A DNA stretch of 55,050 bases from an uncultured bacterium (lineage in GTDB: Bacteria > DYJV01). Location: the NCBI GenBank assembly GCA_964543655.1, contig CAZIZE010000102.1:1-55050 (forward strand). The letters run 5' to 3'. The translations under genes were made by a program, and so were the position numbers. Every line of letters starts with the position of its first letter. Position 1 is the stretch's first letter. Positions 19,694 to 30,601 of this stretch are shown here, in pieces. The notes under the pieces were generated by a model. It saw only the letters and a program-made list of their open reading frames with translations. It did not search any database and was not told the origin of the DNA.

Positions 19694-22555
19694 TTGAAAC
19701 AGAGAAAATTTAAAAACAGAATTCAAAATTCTATTTCATTGACTTTCTTAATTATTATTCTTGTATCTTGCATAGTTACCTACTTTACCATTAAAAAAAT
19801 AGCATATCCAATACTTTTAAAAAAAGAGAGAGAAAGCATACAAAATATTGGAAATAGCATAGTTCTTGAACTTAGAAACAAAATAAAAAATGCAGAAACC
19901 ATTTCTCTTTCAATTGCGAATATTTATAATTCTTTACCAAAAAAAAGAGAAATCTTTATGAAAGTTATTCCTGATTTTTTTAATTTACCAGGGTATAAAA
20001 GTATAATAGCAGGTGGCGGTGTATGGCCTGAGCCTTATACTTTCAACAAAAGAAACTATTACAATAGCTTCTTTTGGGGAAGAGATAGCAATGGCGATTT
20101 AAAATATTACGATAATTATAATAATCCCCATGGTAAGGGATATTTTCATGAAGAGTGGTACGTTCCTGTAAAATATCTTGAAAAAACCAAAGTTTACTGG
20201 TCTCGCTCCTACATTGATCCTTATTCAAAGCAACCAATGGTTACATGCTCATCTCCTATTAAAATTAATAAAAATTTTTTAGGAGTTGCAACTGTTGACT
20301 TAAAATTAGAAGGTCTTGCAAAGCTTTTCTCCATTTATGCAAAACAGATTAATGGCTACATTTTTGTGTTGGATAGGGAAAACAACTTTCTCTATTTTCC
20401 AAAAGAAAATCTAATAATTGAGAAAAAAGGATTTGCTAAAAAGTATATTAATTTTAAGAGATTTGCAAAAAAATTTCCTCAGTATTCTTCTGTTGAAAAG
20501 GAGTTGTTTTCAATTGATAAAAGGCTGATAAAAATTGCAAAAAGAAAAAATCTAAAATTTGATAAAATTGTAGATAAAATTTCAAATAATTCTTATCAGA
20601 TTACTAAAAATGAGGCAATTTTAATCACTACAATCATTTCAGCCCCTCTTAAATCAATATTAAAAACTTCAATTAATACAAAACTTGGTTCAGCTGAAAT
20701 AAAAAACGATTTAATCTTTCAAGAAAGTTCAACATGCTCTATTTTTTATATGCCTGGCACATATTGGAAAATAGGTGTTGTGGTTCCTAATAGTTTACTG
20801 GTAAAACTTGTAAACAGCATTTCATGGAATATTATCTCTTATCTTTTAATTTCATTAATAATTATTCTTTTATGTGGATACATGATTATTAGAAAAAATT
20901 TTTTAATACCATTAAAAGATATAACCAAACAATTATTAACCTCTAAAGAAAAAGATGATAATCTGCTGATTAAGTATAGTAGTGATGATGAACTTGGACG
21001 GTTAGTTTACTATTTAAATGAAAGGACATTAGAATTAAAAGAGAGTGAGGAGTATGCTAATGCAATTTTTGAGCAATCTCCAATTTCAATTCAAATTTTT
21101 GATAAAAATGGAGTTGCTATAGATTCAAATAAAGCCTGGGAAGAGCTATGGAAAGTAGATAAAAAAGATTTTAATGGGAAATATAATATATTTAAAGATA
21201 AAATTTTTAGAAATACTACAGAATTTCAATATATTAAAGATGTTTTTAATGGGAAAACAGCAATTATTAATAATTTCGAATACAACTTAAAAACAGTTTC
21301 AGGTTTTGGTAGGGATAGAATTTTAAATGTTATAATGTTTCCTATAAAAGATAACAATAATAATGTTGTCAGAGTGGTTATTATTCAGGATGATATTACT
21401 GATAAGGTGAAGATGGAAGAAACTATGAAAAGATTTGGACAATTAGAAGCACTTGGAGAGCTTTCTGCTGGTATTGCACACGATTTTAACAATATCCTTA
21501 CAGGGATGCTCCTGAATATAGAAATGCTTGAAATAACTTTTTCTGATAATGAAAAGGCAATGAAATTTATCAGTAAAGTTAAAACAAGTATAAACTCAGC
21601 AAAAGAATTAATAAATAAAATAAAAATGGTTTCCCAGAGAGAAGAATTTAAATTTTCACCATTTAAATTAAATAATGTTTTAAAAGAAGCAATAGAAATA
21701 GTGAAGCCAGCAATACCTTTTAATATTAAAGTAAAAGTAAGTGTTATAGGTAAAAATTTCTGGATTAATGGTGATAAAAATAGCATAAATCAGGTAATTA
21801 TGAATATTTTAATAAATGCAAAAGATGCAATTAAAGCAGCTAATAGGGAGAAAGGATTAATAGATATTACTTTATCTGAGGATGGTCAAAATGCAATTTT
21901 AAAAATTTCAGATAATGGAGTTGGCATACCAAAGGAAATTCAGGATAAAATATTTGAGCCCTTTTTCTCCACAAAACAGAAAACAGAGGCAAGAGGAACA
22001 GGGCTTGGATTGTCCATTGCACATAACATTATTCTATTACACAATGGTATAATCAAAGTGGAATCCACAGTTGGAAAAGGGACAATATTCACCATAGAAT
22101 TACCCTTAATTAGAGAGAAAAGCAGGAATGAAAGTAAAGATGCTTCAGAAAGTGTTGAACTTTACAAAGAGTTAAAGGGAAAAATAATATTATTGGTTGA
22201 AGATGAGGAGAATATTAGAAATGCAGAAATTGAAATTTTGAAATATTTTGGTTTTAAAGTATTAGTTGCTCAAAATGGAAAAGAGGCTCTTGAAATTTTT
22301 AAATCTGCTCCAAAAGTAGATATTATTTTCATAGATTGGTATATGCCAATAATGAATGGAGAAAAAACTATTTTAGAAATCAGGAAAATAGATAAAAAGA
22401 TTCCTATTTTCATTATTTCAGGAGCTATTAGTGAGAAAATTAATAGATTTAAATCAGAAAACATGGTGATTGATATTATTTCAAAACCTTTTAATAAAAA
22501 TGAAATTATATTGAAATTAAACTTATTAAAAAAATTTTGGAGGGAAAATGATTAA
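19694..22555 (+). CDS. hybrid sensor histidine kinase (Cache-like periplasmic domain, HAMP, PAS, HisKA, HATPase, receiver)
   Basis: two TM helices, AHDFNN, NAKDA, DNGVG, FFSTK, GTGLGL, receiver VEDE...DWYMP...KP. Confidence 0.92.
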   Translation: MKQRKFKNRIQNSISLTFLIIILVSCIVTYFTIKKIAYPILLKKERESIQNIGNSIVLELRNKIKNAETISLSIANIYNSLPKKREIFMKVIPDFFNLPGYKSIIAGGGVWPEPYTFNKRNYYNSFFWGRDSNGDLKYYDNYNNPHGKGYFHEEWYVPVKYLEKTKVYWSRSYIDPYSKQPMVTCSSPIKINKNFLGVATVDLKLEGLAKLFSIYAKQINGYIFVLDRENNFLYFPKENLIIEKKGFAKKYINFKRFAKKFPQYSSVEKELFSIDKRLIKIAKRKNLKFDKIVDKISNNSYQITKNEAILITTIISAPLKSILKTSINTKLGSAEIKNDLIFQESSTCSIFYMPGTYWKIGVVVPNSLLVKLVNSISWNIISYLLISLIIILLCGYMIIRKNFLIPLKDITKQLLTSKEKDDNLLIKYSSDDELGRLVYYLNERTLELKESEEYANAIFEQSPISIQIFDKNGVAIDSNKAWEELWKVDKKDFNGKYNIFKDKIFRNTTEFQYIKDVFNGKTAIINNFEYNLKTVSGFGRDRILNVIMFPIKDNNNNVVRVVIIQDDITDKVKMEETMKRFGQLEALGELSAGIAHDFNNILTGMLLNIEMLEITFSDNEKAMKFISKVKTSINSAKELINKIKMVSQREEFKFSPFKLNNVLKEAIEIVKPAIPFNIKVKVSVIGKNFWINGDKNSINQVIMNILINAKDAIKAANREKGLIDITLSEDGQNAILKISDNGVGIPKEIQDKIFEPFFSTKQKTEARGTGLGLSIAHNIILLHNGIIKVESTVGKGTIFTIELPLIREKSRNESKDASESVELYKELKGKIILLVEDEENIRNAEIEILKYFGFKVLVAQNGKEALEIFKSAPKVDIIFIDWYMPIMNGEKTILEIRKIDKKIPIFIISGAISEKINRFKSENMVIDIISKPFNKNEIILKLNLLKKFWREND

Positions 22556-23846
22556 ACACCTATTTTTTACTTTAATAATTTCACTTTTTTCAACATATTT
22601 ATATTCAGCTAACATTTTCATATATTTAAACATTGAAAATAATTTATCACAGAATTTTAAAATAGATATTAAAAAATTGTCTTTTTATAATAATCATAAT
22701 AAAATAGTAACCTATAAAATAGATAAAATTTTTACATCCAAATCAGATTTTAACCAGGAATTTGTTAAAAAAATTAATATTAATGAAGGGGTTTACAATA
22801 GAGTAATGATTACTACTGAAAAAGGTATTTTAAACATACCTGCAAATATTAAAATCAATAATGAAACAGGTTCTATTTATCTTGTATGGGATATTAGGAA
22901 TTCTTTTACAAATGGTAAGTTTTCACCTAAAATTACAGTTAAAAATCAAAAAGTCCCTTTACGTGGGGAGTTGCTTTTTGTTACCTCAAAAGAGGAAAAT
23001 GCGCTTTTCTTTATAAGAGTTGACAAAAATCAGGTATGCTCAGTAATGGGAATAAATGGTAGCCCGGTGGAATTTGTACTTTCCTGTATTAATGATAAAC
23101 TTAAAATTCTTTGTGAAAATTCAAAAGATATTAAAATAATAGAAGTTTCAACTTTTAAAAGGTCAGATGAGTTTATTTTACCCTTTGTTATAGAGCCAGA
23201 TTTGCTGGAAACTGCAGATGATTATCTAATTATTGGAGATAGTAGCAATAATAGATTGATTACTGTTAATTCTGCTAATGGTGCATTTGAAAACTCAGTT
23301 GAAGTTGGAGAGAATTTATCAGATATTATTTATTGGTCAGATGAAAAAAAGATAATAGTTGCTTCTAAAAATGAACAAATAATTTACATTCTTGATAAAA
23401 ATCTACAAATTTTAAAAAGTAAGAAATTAAATTGCAGCCCAGATTCTTTATATTTAAAAGATAATTTTCTATTTATTTCAGAAACTGATTGTAATACATT
23501 GGTAAAATTAAATTTAAAAAATTATTCTTTTGAGAAAAGATATAGAATTGTTTCACCATATAAAATAACAATTTTTAAATCAACAATATTTATCACAAAT
23601 TTTTTTCAAAAATTTATCAGTTTAATTGATGAGCAGCAATCTTTTTCTTCAAAAAAAATAACTTTAACTTTTGTGCCATCAAGGTTAGCAATGTGTGAAA
23701 GAAGGGGATGGTTATATGTTTCAGCTAAATTTTCAAAAAAAATAGGAGTTATTGACCTGTTTGGAGAAAGGGCAACTGGAGTGATAGATATTGGAGCAAA
23801 ACCTTATGACTTACAAGTTGGAAGAAGTTTAAATAAATGTTATTAA
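22548..23846 (+). CDS. secreted YncE/YVTN-like beta-propeller protein
   Basis: signal peptide, repeated blades such as LYVSAKFSKKIGVID and IDIGAKPYDL. Confidence 0.65.
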   Translation: MIKHLFFTLIISLFSTYLYSANIFIYLNIENNLSQNFKIDIKKLSFYNNHNKIVTYKIDKIFTSKSDFNQEFVKKININEGVYNRVMITTEKGILNIPANIKINNETGSIYLVWDIRNSFTNGKFSPKITVKNQKVPLRGELLFVTSKEENALFFIRVDKNQVCSVMGINGSPVEFVLSCINDKLKILCENSKDIKIIEVSTFKRSDEFILPFVIEPDLLETADDYLIIGDSSNNRLITVNSANGAFENSVEVGENLSDIIYWSDEKKIIVASKNEQIIYILDKNLQILKSKKLNCSPDSLYLKDNFLFISETDCNTLVKLNLKNYSFEKRYRIVSPYKITIFKSTIFITNFFQKFISLIDEQQSFSSKKITLTFVPSRLAMCERRGWLYVSAKFSKKIGVIDLFGERATGVIDIGAKPYDLQVGRSLNKCY

Positions 23847-23856
23847 TTTTTTAAAA

Positions 23857-23878
23857 AAATGTGATTTTGCTCACATAC
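23857..23878 (+). promoter_or_regulatory. CRP/FNR-family operator
   Basis: AAATGTGA-ttttgc-TCACATA, perfect TGTGA-N6-TCACA core. Confidence 0.7.
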
Positions 23879-23945
23879 TTTGTGAAAAAAATCTATTATA
23901 TGCTGATAGTAGTATTTCAAATTAAAAATTAAAAAGGAGGGGAGT

Positions 23946-24428
23946 ATGAAAAAATTTTTAGTAATTTTAGCTCTATTTAGTGCAACAACTTTATGGGGAG
24001 CTACAGGTGTGGGATTGATTAATTTAGATCAGAGTATTCCATGCCCAGGTGGTGGAGAAATTTATTTACAAGGTGGTTATTCTGTGGTGACTTTGAATAT
24101 TACTGCTGACCTTACTTTTAAAAACTGTATGTATGTTGATGATGAAGATTCAATTACTCTTAATGGCTCTGCTTCAATTACAGGTACACTTCCAACAACT
24201 GCTGGAGATTTAAATCTTGAAGTTAAATTTACAGATGTTCAGTTTGATACTAAAAGCAGTAATGAAACCATGAGTGAAAAATGTTCTGGTGATATGACTT
24301 TTACAGGTACAATTACAAATGGCGCAGGTAAGGTTACCCGTACTGGAAATTTAAATTGCTCCGGTACAAGCACAGGCCAGCTTTCAATAGATTCTCTTAT
24401 TAAAGATCTCCTATATTTAAACTTTTAA
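23946..24428 (+). CDS. secreted hypothetical protein, Thr/Gly-rich, four Cys
   Basis: strong SD AAGGAGG, signal peptide, own terminator. Confidence 0.8.
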   Translation: MKKFLVILALFSATTLWGATGVGLINLDQSIPCPGGGEIYLQGGYSVVTLNITADLTFKNCMYVDDEDSITLNGSASITGTLPTTAGDLNLEVKFTDVQFDTKSSNETMSEKCSGDMTFTGTITNGAGKVTRTGNLNCSGTSTGQLSIDSLIKDLLYLNF

Positions 24429-24431
24429 TTT

Positions 24432-24458
24432 AAAAAACTCCCTTTATGGGAGTTTTTT
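24432..24458 (+). terminator. intrinsic terminator
   Basis: AAAAAACTCCC-tttat-GGGAGTTTTTT. Confidence 0.9.
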
Positions 24459-24490
24459 CCACAAAAATACCTTAAATATCCTTTTAATTC

Positions 24491-24519
24491 TTGTAAAAAA
24501 AAAATAAGAATGTTATAAT
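24491..24519 (+). promoter_or_regulatory. sigma70 promoter with extended -10
   Basis: TTGTAA-17 nt-TATAAT, with TGn before the -10. Confidence 0.7.
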
Positions 24520-24547
24520 AGAACAGAATAAAAATTTGGAGGTTGTA

Positions 24548-25330
24548 ATGGTTCATATTGCTGATATTATGGCGTATGCTCTTGCAAAAGAGGTAAGAAA
24601 TGGAGAAATTTTTTTACAAGGATTATCATCACCATTACCAATGCTTGCTGCTCATATTGCTAAAAAATTTCTTGCACCTGATGCAACATATATTAATGTT
24701 GCAGATTCTATTGATCCTGAAACAGAAAAATTGCCAGCATCCACTGCAGATATACTTTTAACAAATAGACCTGTTGCTTTTTGCAATTTATACGATGCTT
24801 TTGATCTTGCTCAAAGGGGAAAGCTTGGTATGATTTTTCTTGGAGCAGCTCAAGTAGATAAATTTGGTAATACCAATTTAAGTGCCATTGGTGATTATTT
24901 TAAACCAAAAGTTAGGTTACCAGGTGGAGCAGCGTCTTCATTTTTATGTGCTATTGCCCAGAGAACAGTGCTTTGGGTTACAAATCAATCTTCAAGAATA
25001 TTTGTTGAAAAAGTTGATTTTATTACAGGCCAAGGTTATCTTACAGGTGGTAATGCAAGAAAAGAACTTGGACTTATAGGGAGTGGTCCTGCTAAAATTA
25101 TTACAAACATTGCAACATACGACTTTGACGAAGAAACCAAGGAAATGAGATTGGCTACAATTCATCCAGGTATTAAATTAGAACAGGTTAAAGAAAACAC
25201 TGGTTTTGAACTTATAATACCTGAAAATATTGAAGAGACAGAGGTTCCTAATGAGGAAATAATAAAATTTATAGAAGAGATTGATCCTGACGGAGTTAGG
25301 AAGCTTGGGGTAAAAGATATCAGAGGATAG
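24548..25330 (+). CDS. CoA-transferase beta-subunit fold protein (GctB/AibB-like)
   Basis: [31 protein letters not shown]...ENTGF; SD GGAGG before the ATG at 24548. Confidence 0.85.
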   Translation: MVHIADIMAYALAKEVRNGEIFLQGLSSPLPMLAAHIAKKFLAPDATYINVADSIDPETEKLPASTADILLTNRPVAFCNLYDAFDLAQRGKLGMIFLGAAQVDKFGNTNLSAIGDYFKPKVRLPGGAASSFLCAIAQRTVLWVTNQSSRIFVEKVDFITGQGYLTGGNARKELGLIGSGPAKIITNIATYDFDEETKEMRLATIHPGIKLEQVKENTGFELIIPENIEETEVPNEEIIKFIEEIDPDGVRKLGVKDIRG

Positions 25331-25331
25331 T

Positions 25332-25982
25332 ATGATAAAAATAGCTCCTTCAATCCTATCTGCAGATTTTTCAAAACTTGGAGAAGAAATAGCCAACCTT
25401 TCAAAAGATGGTGCAGATTATATTCATATTGATGTAATGGATGGAAGATTTGTGCCGAATATTACCATTGGCCCACTGGTTATTAATGCTATTAGAGATA
25501 TTACAGATATTCCATTTGATGTTCATTTGATGATAGTAGAGCCTGAAAAATATATTAAGAATTTTGCAGATGCAGGTGCTGACATTATTACAATACATTA
25601 TGAAGCTACAGTGCATTTACATAGGGCAGTTGAACAGATAAAAAATCTTGGTAAGTGTGCTGGTGTTTCCATCAATCCTGCAACACCTGTTGAGGTTTTA
25701 ACTGAAATATTGCCATATGTTGACCTTGTGTTAATAATGTCAGTTAACCCTGGATTTGGAGGCCAAAAATTTATTGAGTCATCATTGTCTAAAATTAAAA
25801 GGCTTGTTAATTTAATGGATAATTTACCAATTAAACCGCTCATTGAAATTGATGGGGGAGTTACTGAGAGAAATGCAGCTGCTATAAAATCAGCAGGAGC
25901 CAATATTCTTGTTGCTGGTTCCACCATTTTTAAATATAATAATTATTCAGAAATTATAAATTTGCTTAAAAATGTTAATTAA
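25332..25982 (+). CDS. rpe: ribulose-phosphate 3-epimerase
   Basis: [36 protein letters not shown]. Confidence 0.97.
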   Translation: MIKIAPSILSADFSKLGEEIANLSKDGADYIHIDVMDGRFVPNITIGPLVINAIRDITDIPFDVHLMIVEPEKYIKNFADAGADIITIHYEATVHLHRAVEQIKNLGKCAGVSINPATPVEVLTEILPYVDLVLIMSVNPGFGGQKFIESSLSKIKRLVNLMDNLPIKPLIEIDGGVTERNAAAIKSAGANILVAGSTIFKYNNYSEIINLLKNVN

Positions 25983-26694
25983 TGATTTTTTTCAATTAAA
26001 AGCAATTATATTTAAGCTATTTGCAGCAGCTATTCTTGGTAGTTTCATTGGTCTTGAAAGAGATAAAAAGGGTAGGGCAGCTGGTTTGAGGACTCATATT
26101 TTAGTCTCTCTTGGTTCAGCTCTTTTTATGATTATTTCAATTGAGATTTTTCAATTATATAAACTTCACAATGCAAACTCTATTTTAAGAATAGATCCTG
26201 CCAGAATTGCTGCACAAATTATTACAGGAATCGGTTTTATTGGTGCTGGTGCAATTATCAGAAGCAGATTTGATATAAGGGGGCTAACTACAGCAAGTAG
26301 TATATGGGTATGTGCAGGTATTGGAATGGCTGTTGGTATTGGATATTATATCCCTGCAATTATTACTTCTTTTATTGCTCTTTTTACTCTCATTTTCCTC
26401 CATAAACTTGAGCTACTATATTTCAAAGATGCCTATGTTCAAATTGACCTTTTAATGAATGATGAAGATAAATTACTTGAAAAAGTTAAAGATTTTATTA
26501 AAAGTTCAAAAGTTGATTTAAGGTTATTTACTTTTAAAAGAGATTTTGAGAAAAATAATTTAAAAATAAGTATAATTATAAAATTAAAATATAGATCCAG
26601 AAAAAATTTTTACTCAAAAGATTTAATTTCAAATTTTGAAAAAAATTTTAAAAATAATTTAAAAAAATTATCTTGGAAAGAGCCAGATATTTAA
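25972..26694 (+). CDS. MgtC/SapB family membrane protein
   Basis: [38 protein letters not shown]. Confidence 0.92.
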   Translation: MLINDFFQLKAIIFKLFAAAILGSFIGLERDKKGRAAGLRTHILVSLGSALFMIISIEIFQLYKLHNANSILRIDPARIAAQIITGIGFIGAGAIIRSRFDIRGLTTASSIWVCAGIGMAVGIGYYIPAIITSFIALFTLIFLHKLELLYFKDAYVQIDLLMNDEDKLLEKVKDFIKSSKVDLRLFTFKRDFEKNNLKISIIIKLKYRSRKNFYSKDLISNFEKNFKNNLKKLSWKEPDI

Positions 26695-26758
26695 TATTGA
26701 ATAAGATTTATCAATATGATAAAAGAAAATAAGCTAATAAATTTAAAAGGAGGCGAAA

Positions 26759-28603
26759 ATTAACAATTTAAAGAAACCACAGGATCCAGGCAATTTTTTT
26801 AGAAGTATTTCTCTTTGGCTTGTGATTGTTTTAATAGTTATTATGGTATTTAATGCTTTTAACAACCCAACAATTATGGAAAAAGAGATAACATACACTG
26901 ATCTATTAAATGAAATTAAAAATGGTAAAATATCCACTGTAATAATTCAAGGCAACAAGATAAAAGCAAAAACTCTTGATAATCAATATGTTATCTGTTA
27001 TGTCCCAGCTGATCCTTCATTTATACCTTTGTTAAAGAAAAACAAAGTATTGATTAAAGTCAAACCTGCTGAAAAAACTTCTCTATGGCAATCTATTTTG
27101 ATTTCTTGGTTTCCAATGCTTCTATTAATTGCAGTGTGGATATTTTTTATGCGCCAGATGTCTTCAGGTGGAGGTAAAGCATTTAGTTTTGGCAAAAGTA
27201 AAGCTAAGCTTTTAAATGAATCAGAGAATAAGGTTACATTTAAAGATGTTGCAGGTGTAGAAGAAGCAAAGGAGGAAGTTGGAGAAATAATAGATTTTCT
27301 CAAAAATCCAAAGAAATTTACAAAGCTTGGTGGGAAAATTCCTAAAGGAGTGCTTCTTGTTGGACCACCTGGTACCGGGAAGACACTTCTTGCAAAGGCA
27401 ATTGCAGGAGAAGCTGATGTTCCTTTTTTCAGTATAAGTGGCTCTGATTTTGTAGAAATGTTTGTAGGAGTTGGTGCTGCAAGGGTTAGAGATCTATTTA
27501 CTCAGGGTAAAAAAAATGCACCTTGTATAATTTTTATTGATGAAATTGATGCTGTTGGTAGGCATAGAGGAGCTGGTCTTGGTGGTGGCCATGATGAGCG
27601 TGAGCAGACATTAAATCAGCTACTTGTAGAAATGGATGGATTTGAGTCAAATGAGGGAGTTATTATAATAGCAGCAACTAATAGACCTGATGTGCTTGAT
27701 CCAGCGCTTCTCAGACCAGGAAGATTTGATAGGCAGGTAGTTGTTAATAATCCTGATGTTAAAGGAAGAGAAGGTATATTAAAAGTTCATGTTAGAAATA
27801 AACCTCTTGCTGATGATGTTGATTTGTCTGTTATAGCAAGGGGTACACCTGGTTTTTCAGGAGCAGATCTTGCCAATCTTGTTAATGAAGCAGCCTTGCT
27901 TGCTGCAAGTAAAGGGAAAAATCAGATAGAAATGGAAGATTTTGATGAAGCTAAAGATAAAGTTTTATTGGGCAAAGAGAGAAGAAGCATGATTATTAGC
28001 CCTGAAGAGAAAAAAATTACTGCATATCATGAAGGTGGCCATACTCTTGTTGCCAAATTTTTACCAGAAGCAGATCCTATTCATAAAGTTACAATTATTC
28101 CAAGGGGTAGAGCATTAGGTTTAACCCAGCAATTACCAATAGATGATAGACATACATATAAAAAGGAGTATCTGCTTGCGCAAATTTCTATACTTATGGG
28201 AGGTCGGGTAGCTGAAGAAATAGTGTTAGGTAGTATTACAACAGGTGCTGGTAATGATATAGAGAGAGCCACAGAGCTTGCAAGAAAAATGGTATGTGAA
28301 TGGGGTATGAGTAGCCTTGGGCCTCTTGCTTATGGTCAGAAAGATGAGCAGATATTTCTTGGTAAAGAACTTGTAAAGCATAAAGATTATAGTGAAAAAA
28401 CTGCTATAGAAATAGATGAAGAGATAAAAAATATAGTTATGGAGTGTTACAATACAACTAAAAAAATTCTTGAAGAAAATATTGATAAATTACACGCACT
28501 TGCAAATGCTTTACTTGAGAAAGAAACTCTATCTGGAGATGAAATTGATAAAATAATATTTAATCACAAAGAGGATGATTCTGAAAATGGAGAGGAAATT
28601 TAA
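26759..28603 (+). CDS. ftsH: ATP-dependent zinc metalloprotease FtsH (probable ATT start at 26759; the ORF track uses GTG at 26822)
   Basis: [47 protein letters not shown] 5 nt before an in-frame ATT. Confidence 0.97.
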   Translation: MNNLKKPQDPGNFFRSISLWLVIVLIVIMVFNAFNNPTIMEKEITYTDLLNEIKNGKISTVIIQGNKIKAKTLDNQYVICYVPADPSFIPLLKKNKVLIKVKPAEKTSLWQSILISWFPMLLLIAVWIFFMRQMSSGGGKAFSFGKSKAKLLNESENKVTFKDVAGVEEAKEEVGEIIDFLKNPKKFTKLGGKIPKGVLLVGPPGTGKTLLAKAIAGEADVPFFSISGSDFVEMFVGVGAARVRDLFTQGKKNAPCIIFIDEIDAVGRHRGAGLGGGHDEREQTLNQLLVEMDGFESNEGVIIIAATNRPDVLDPALLRPGRFDRQVVVNNPDVKGREGILKVHVRNKPLADDVDLSVIARGTPGFSGADLANLVNEAALLAASKGKNQIEMEDFDEAKDKVLLGKERRSMIISPEEKKITAYHEGGHTLVAKFLPEADPIHKVTIIPRGRALGLTQQLPIDDRHTYKKEYLLAQISILMGGRVAEEIVLGSITTGAGNDIERATELARKMVCEWGMSSLGPLAYGQKDEQIFLGKELVKHKDYSEKTAIEIDEEIKNIVMECYNTTKKILEENIDKLHALANALLEKETLSGDEIDKIIFNHKEDDSENGEEI

Positions 28604-29816
28604 AACAAGGATTTTAACAGTTGATCAAGCTAAATTAAAAGAAGAAATTTTATTACAGGTTGGTTCCACTGAAATTGGCGCTACTAAAATTGCAAATAAA
28701 GGGAAAATTTTTTATATTTTAATAGAAGATGTTAAGCCAGTTATTGCAAATGTTATTAAGCAGGAGATGCTCTCAATTGGAGCAGATGCAGCTGTTGCCA
28801 GAGGTGCTCTTGATCTTTCAGTTGATAAATGTAATGTTTTACTTGTAGGAAATTTAAAACAATACAAACAGCTTGCTATTAAAATAAAAGCACAACCGTT
28901 TTCTCTAAAATACCTTGGAAAAGAAATTTTAAAATTAATAGAAGATTTTAATAAAGATAACTTTACACTTTTTTCAAAAGATAGGGTAATAGAGCTTGAA
29001 AATAAATCTTATGTTATGGGTATTTTAAACACTACTCCAGATTCATTTTCAGATGGAGGTGAATTTTTAGATATTAACAAAGCTCTTAAAAGGGCTGAAA
29101 TTATGTTAGAAGAGGGTGCTGATTTTATAGATATAGGAGGGGAATCTACAAGACCTGGAGCTTTGAAAGTATCTCTTGATGAGGAGTTAAAAAGAGTAAT
29201 TCCAGTAATAGAAGCAATAAAGAGAGAATTTCCTGAGTCAATTGTTTCAATTGATACGTACAAATCAAAAGTTGCGTTAGAGGCTGTTAATTGTGGAGCT
29301 GATATAATTAATGATATTTCAGGATTAAAATTTGACTCTAATATGGCAAAAACAGTTGTGGAAAAAAGAGTGCCAGTTATTATTATGCATATAAAAGGTA
29401 CTCCTGAAAATATGCAGAAAAATCCTGTTTACAAGAATCTGTTAAATGAAATATCTGATTATTTTAGGGAAAGTTTAAATATTTTAAAAGAAAAAGGTGG
29501 AAATGCAAAGAATGTTATCATAGATCCTGGAATAGGATTTGGTAAAACATTTGAGCATAATTTGACAATTTTAAACAGATTAGGGGAGTTTAAGTCATTT
29601 GGCTGCCCATTATTAATAGGAGCTTCAAGAAAATCTTTCATTGGAGCAATTTTAAATAAAGATAATGCAAAGGAGAGATTGTTTGGTTCAATTTCCGCTG
29701 CTGTAATATCAGCAATAAAAGGCGCTAAAATTATAAGGGTTCACGATGTTAAAGAAACAGTGGAGGCAATTAAAGTTGCAGAGGCTATAAAGAACGAGAA
29801 TATTGGTCTAAAATAA
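28575..29816 (+). CDS. folP: dihydropteroate synthase with a long N-terminal extension
   Basis: [42 protein letters not shown]. Confidence 0.95.
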   Translation: MILKMERKFKTRILTVDQAKLKEEILLQVGSTEIGATKIANKGKIFYILIEDVKPVIANVIKQEMLSIGADAAVARGALDLSVDKCNVLLVGNLKQYKQLAIKIKAQPFSLKYLGKEILKLIEDFNKDNFTLFSKDRVIELENKSYVMGILNTTPDSFSDGGEFLDINKALKRAEIMLEEGADFIDIGGESTRPGALKVSLDEELKRVIPVIEAIKREFPESIVSIDTYKSKVALEAVNCGADIINDISGLKFDSNMAKTVVEKRVPVIIMHIKGTPENMQKNPVYKNLLNEISDYFRESLNILKEKGGNAKNVIIDPGIGFGKTFEHNLTILNRLGEFKSFGCPLLIGASRKSFIGAILNKDNAKERLFGSISAAVISAIKGAKIIRVHDVKETVEAIKVAEAIKNENIGLK

Positions 29817-30601
29817 TGTGGAATGATTTAATATCAGTTTTAAGCTTAATTAGGTGGCGTGATGTTGTAGATATTCTAATTGTCAGTTTTATAATATACA
29901 GAATACTTATCTTTATCAAAGGTAGTCGTTCTGCTCAAATAATCGTCGGTTTTTTCTTCATATTCATTGTTTATCAACTTTCCAATATATTTGGGTTACT
30001 AACTTTAAATTGGCTTTTAAGTAATTTTTTAAGCTCAATTATAATTATCATTGTTATAATTTTTCAAAATGATATCAGGGTTGCACTTTCCAATTTTGGT
30101 CAGGGATTGTTTTTCAAAGGAGAATATCAATTTACAACAAAAGAAGTAATAGAAGAGGTAACCAAGCTTTGTATTACATTATCTTTTAGAAGAATAGGTG
30201 CCTTAATTGTTTTTCCAAGGAGGACAGGCCTTAAAAATCTTATTGAGTTTGGACAGAAAATTGATGCTATTGTATCAAAGGAGCTTCTTGAAAGCATATT
30301 TAATACTAAATCACCTCTGCATGATGGTGCTGTTTTAATACAAAATGAAAGAATTACCCATGCAGGATGCTTTCTCCCTTTATCAACTAATTCAGAAATT
30401 AGTAGTCAGCTTGGAACAAGGCATAGAGCTGCAATTGGTATTACGGAGGAGACAGATGCTATCTCTTTAATTGTTTCAGAAGAAACAGGAAATATTTCAA
30501 TAGGTGTTAATGGTAAACTTACTCGTAATCTTGACTCAGATGCATTAAGAAAAGTTCTTATTAATTTATTAATAGGCACAAAGGATATTAAAAAGAAATG
30601 A
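29816..30601 (+). CDS. cdaA: diadenylate cyclase
   Basis: three TM helices, PLHDGA and GTRHRAA motifs. Confidence 0.95.
   Translation: MWNDLISVLSLIRWRDVVDILIVSFIIYRILIFIKGSRSAQIIVGFFFIFIVYQLSNIFGLLTLNWLLSNFLSSIIIIIVIIFQNDIRVALSNFGQGLFFKGEYQFTTKEVIEEVTKLCITLSFRRIGALIVFPRRTGLKNLIEFGQKIDAIVSKELLESIFNTKSPLHDGAVLIQNERITHAGCFLPLSTNSEISSQLGTRHRAAIGITEETDAISLIVSEETGNISIGVNGKLTRNLDSDALRKVLINLLIGTKDIKKK

Noticed and set aside
12445-23897. Rex-like TTTGTGAAAA...TCTATT at 12445 and 23879
   Set aside because: The right half-site does not match TTCACAA, and the background is AT-rich.
28575-28990. About 140-aa N-terminal extension on FolP
   Set aside because: Long-form FolP is already known in several anaerobic lineages.
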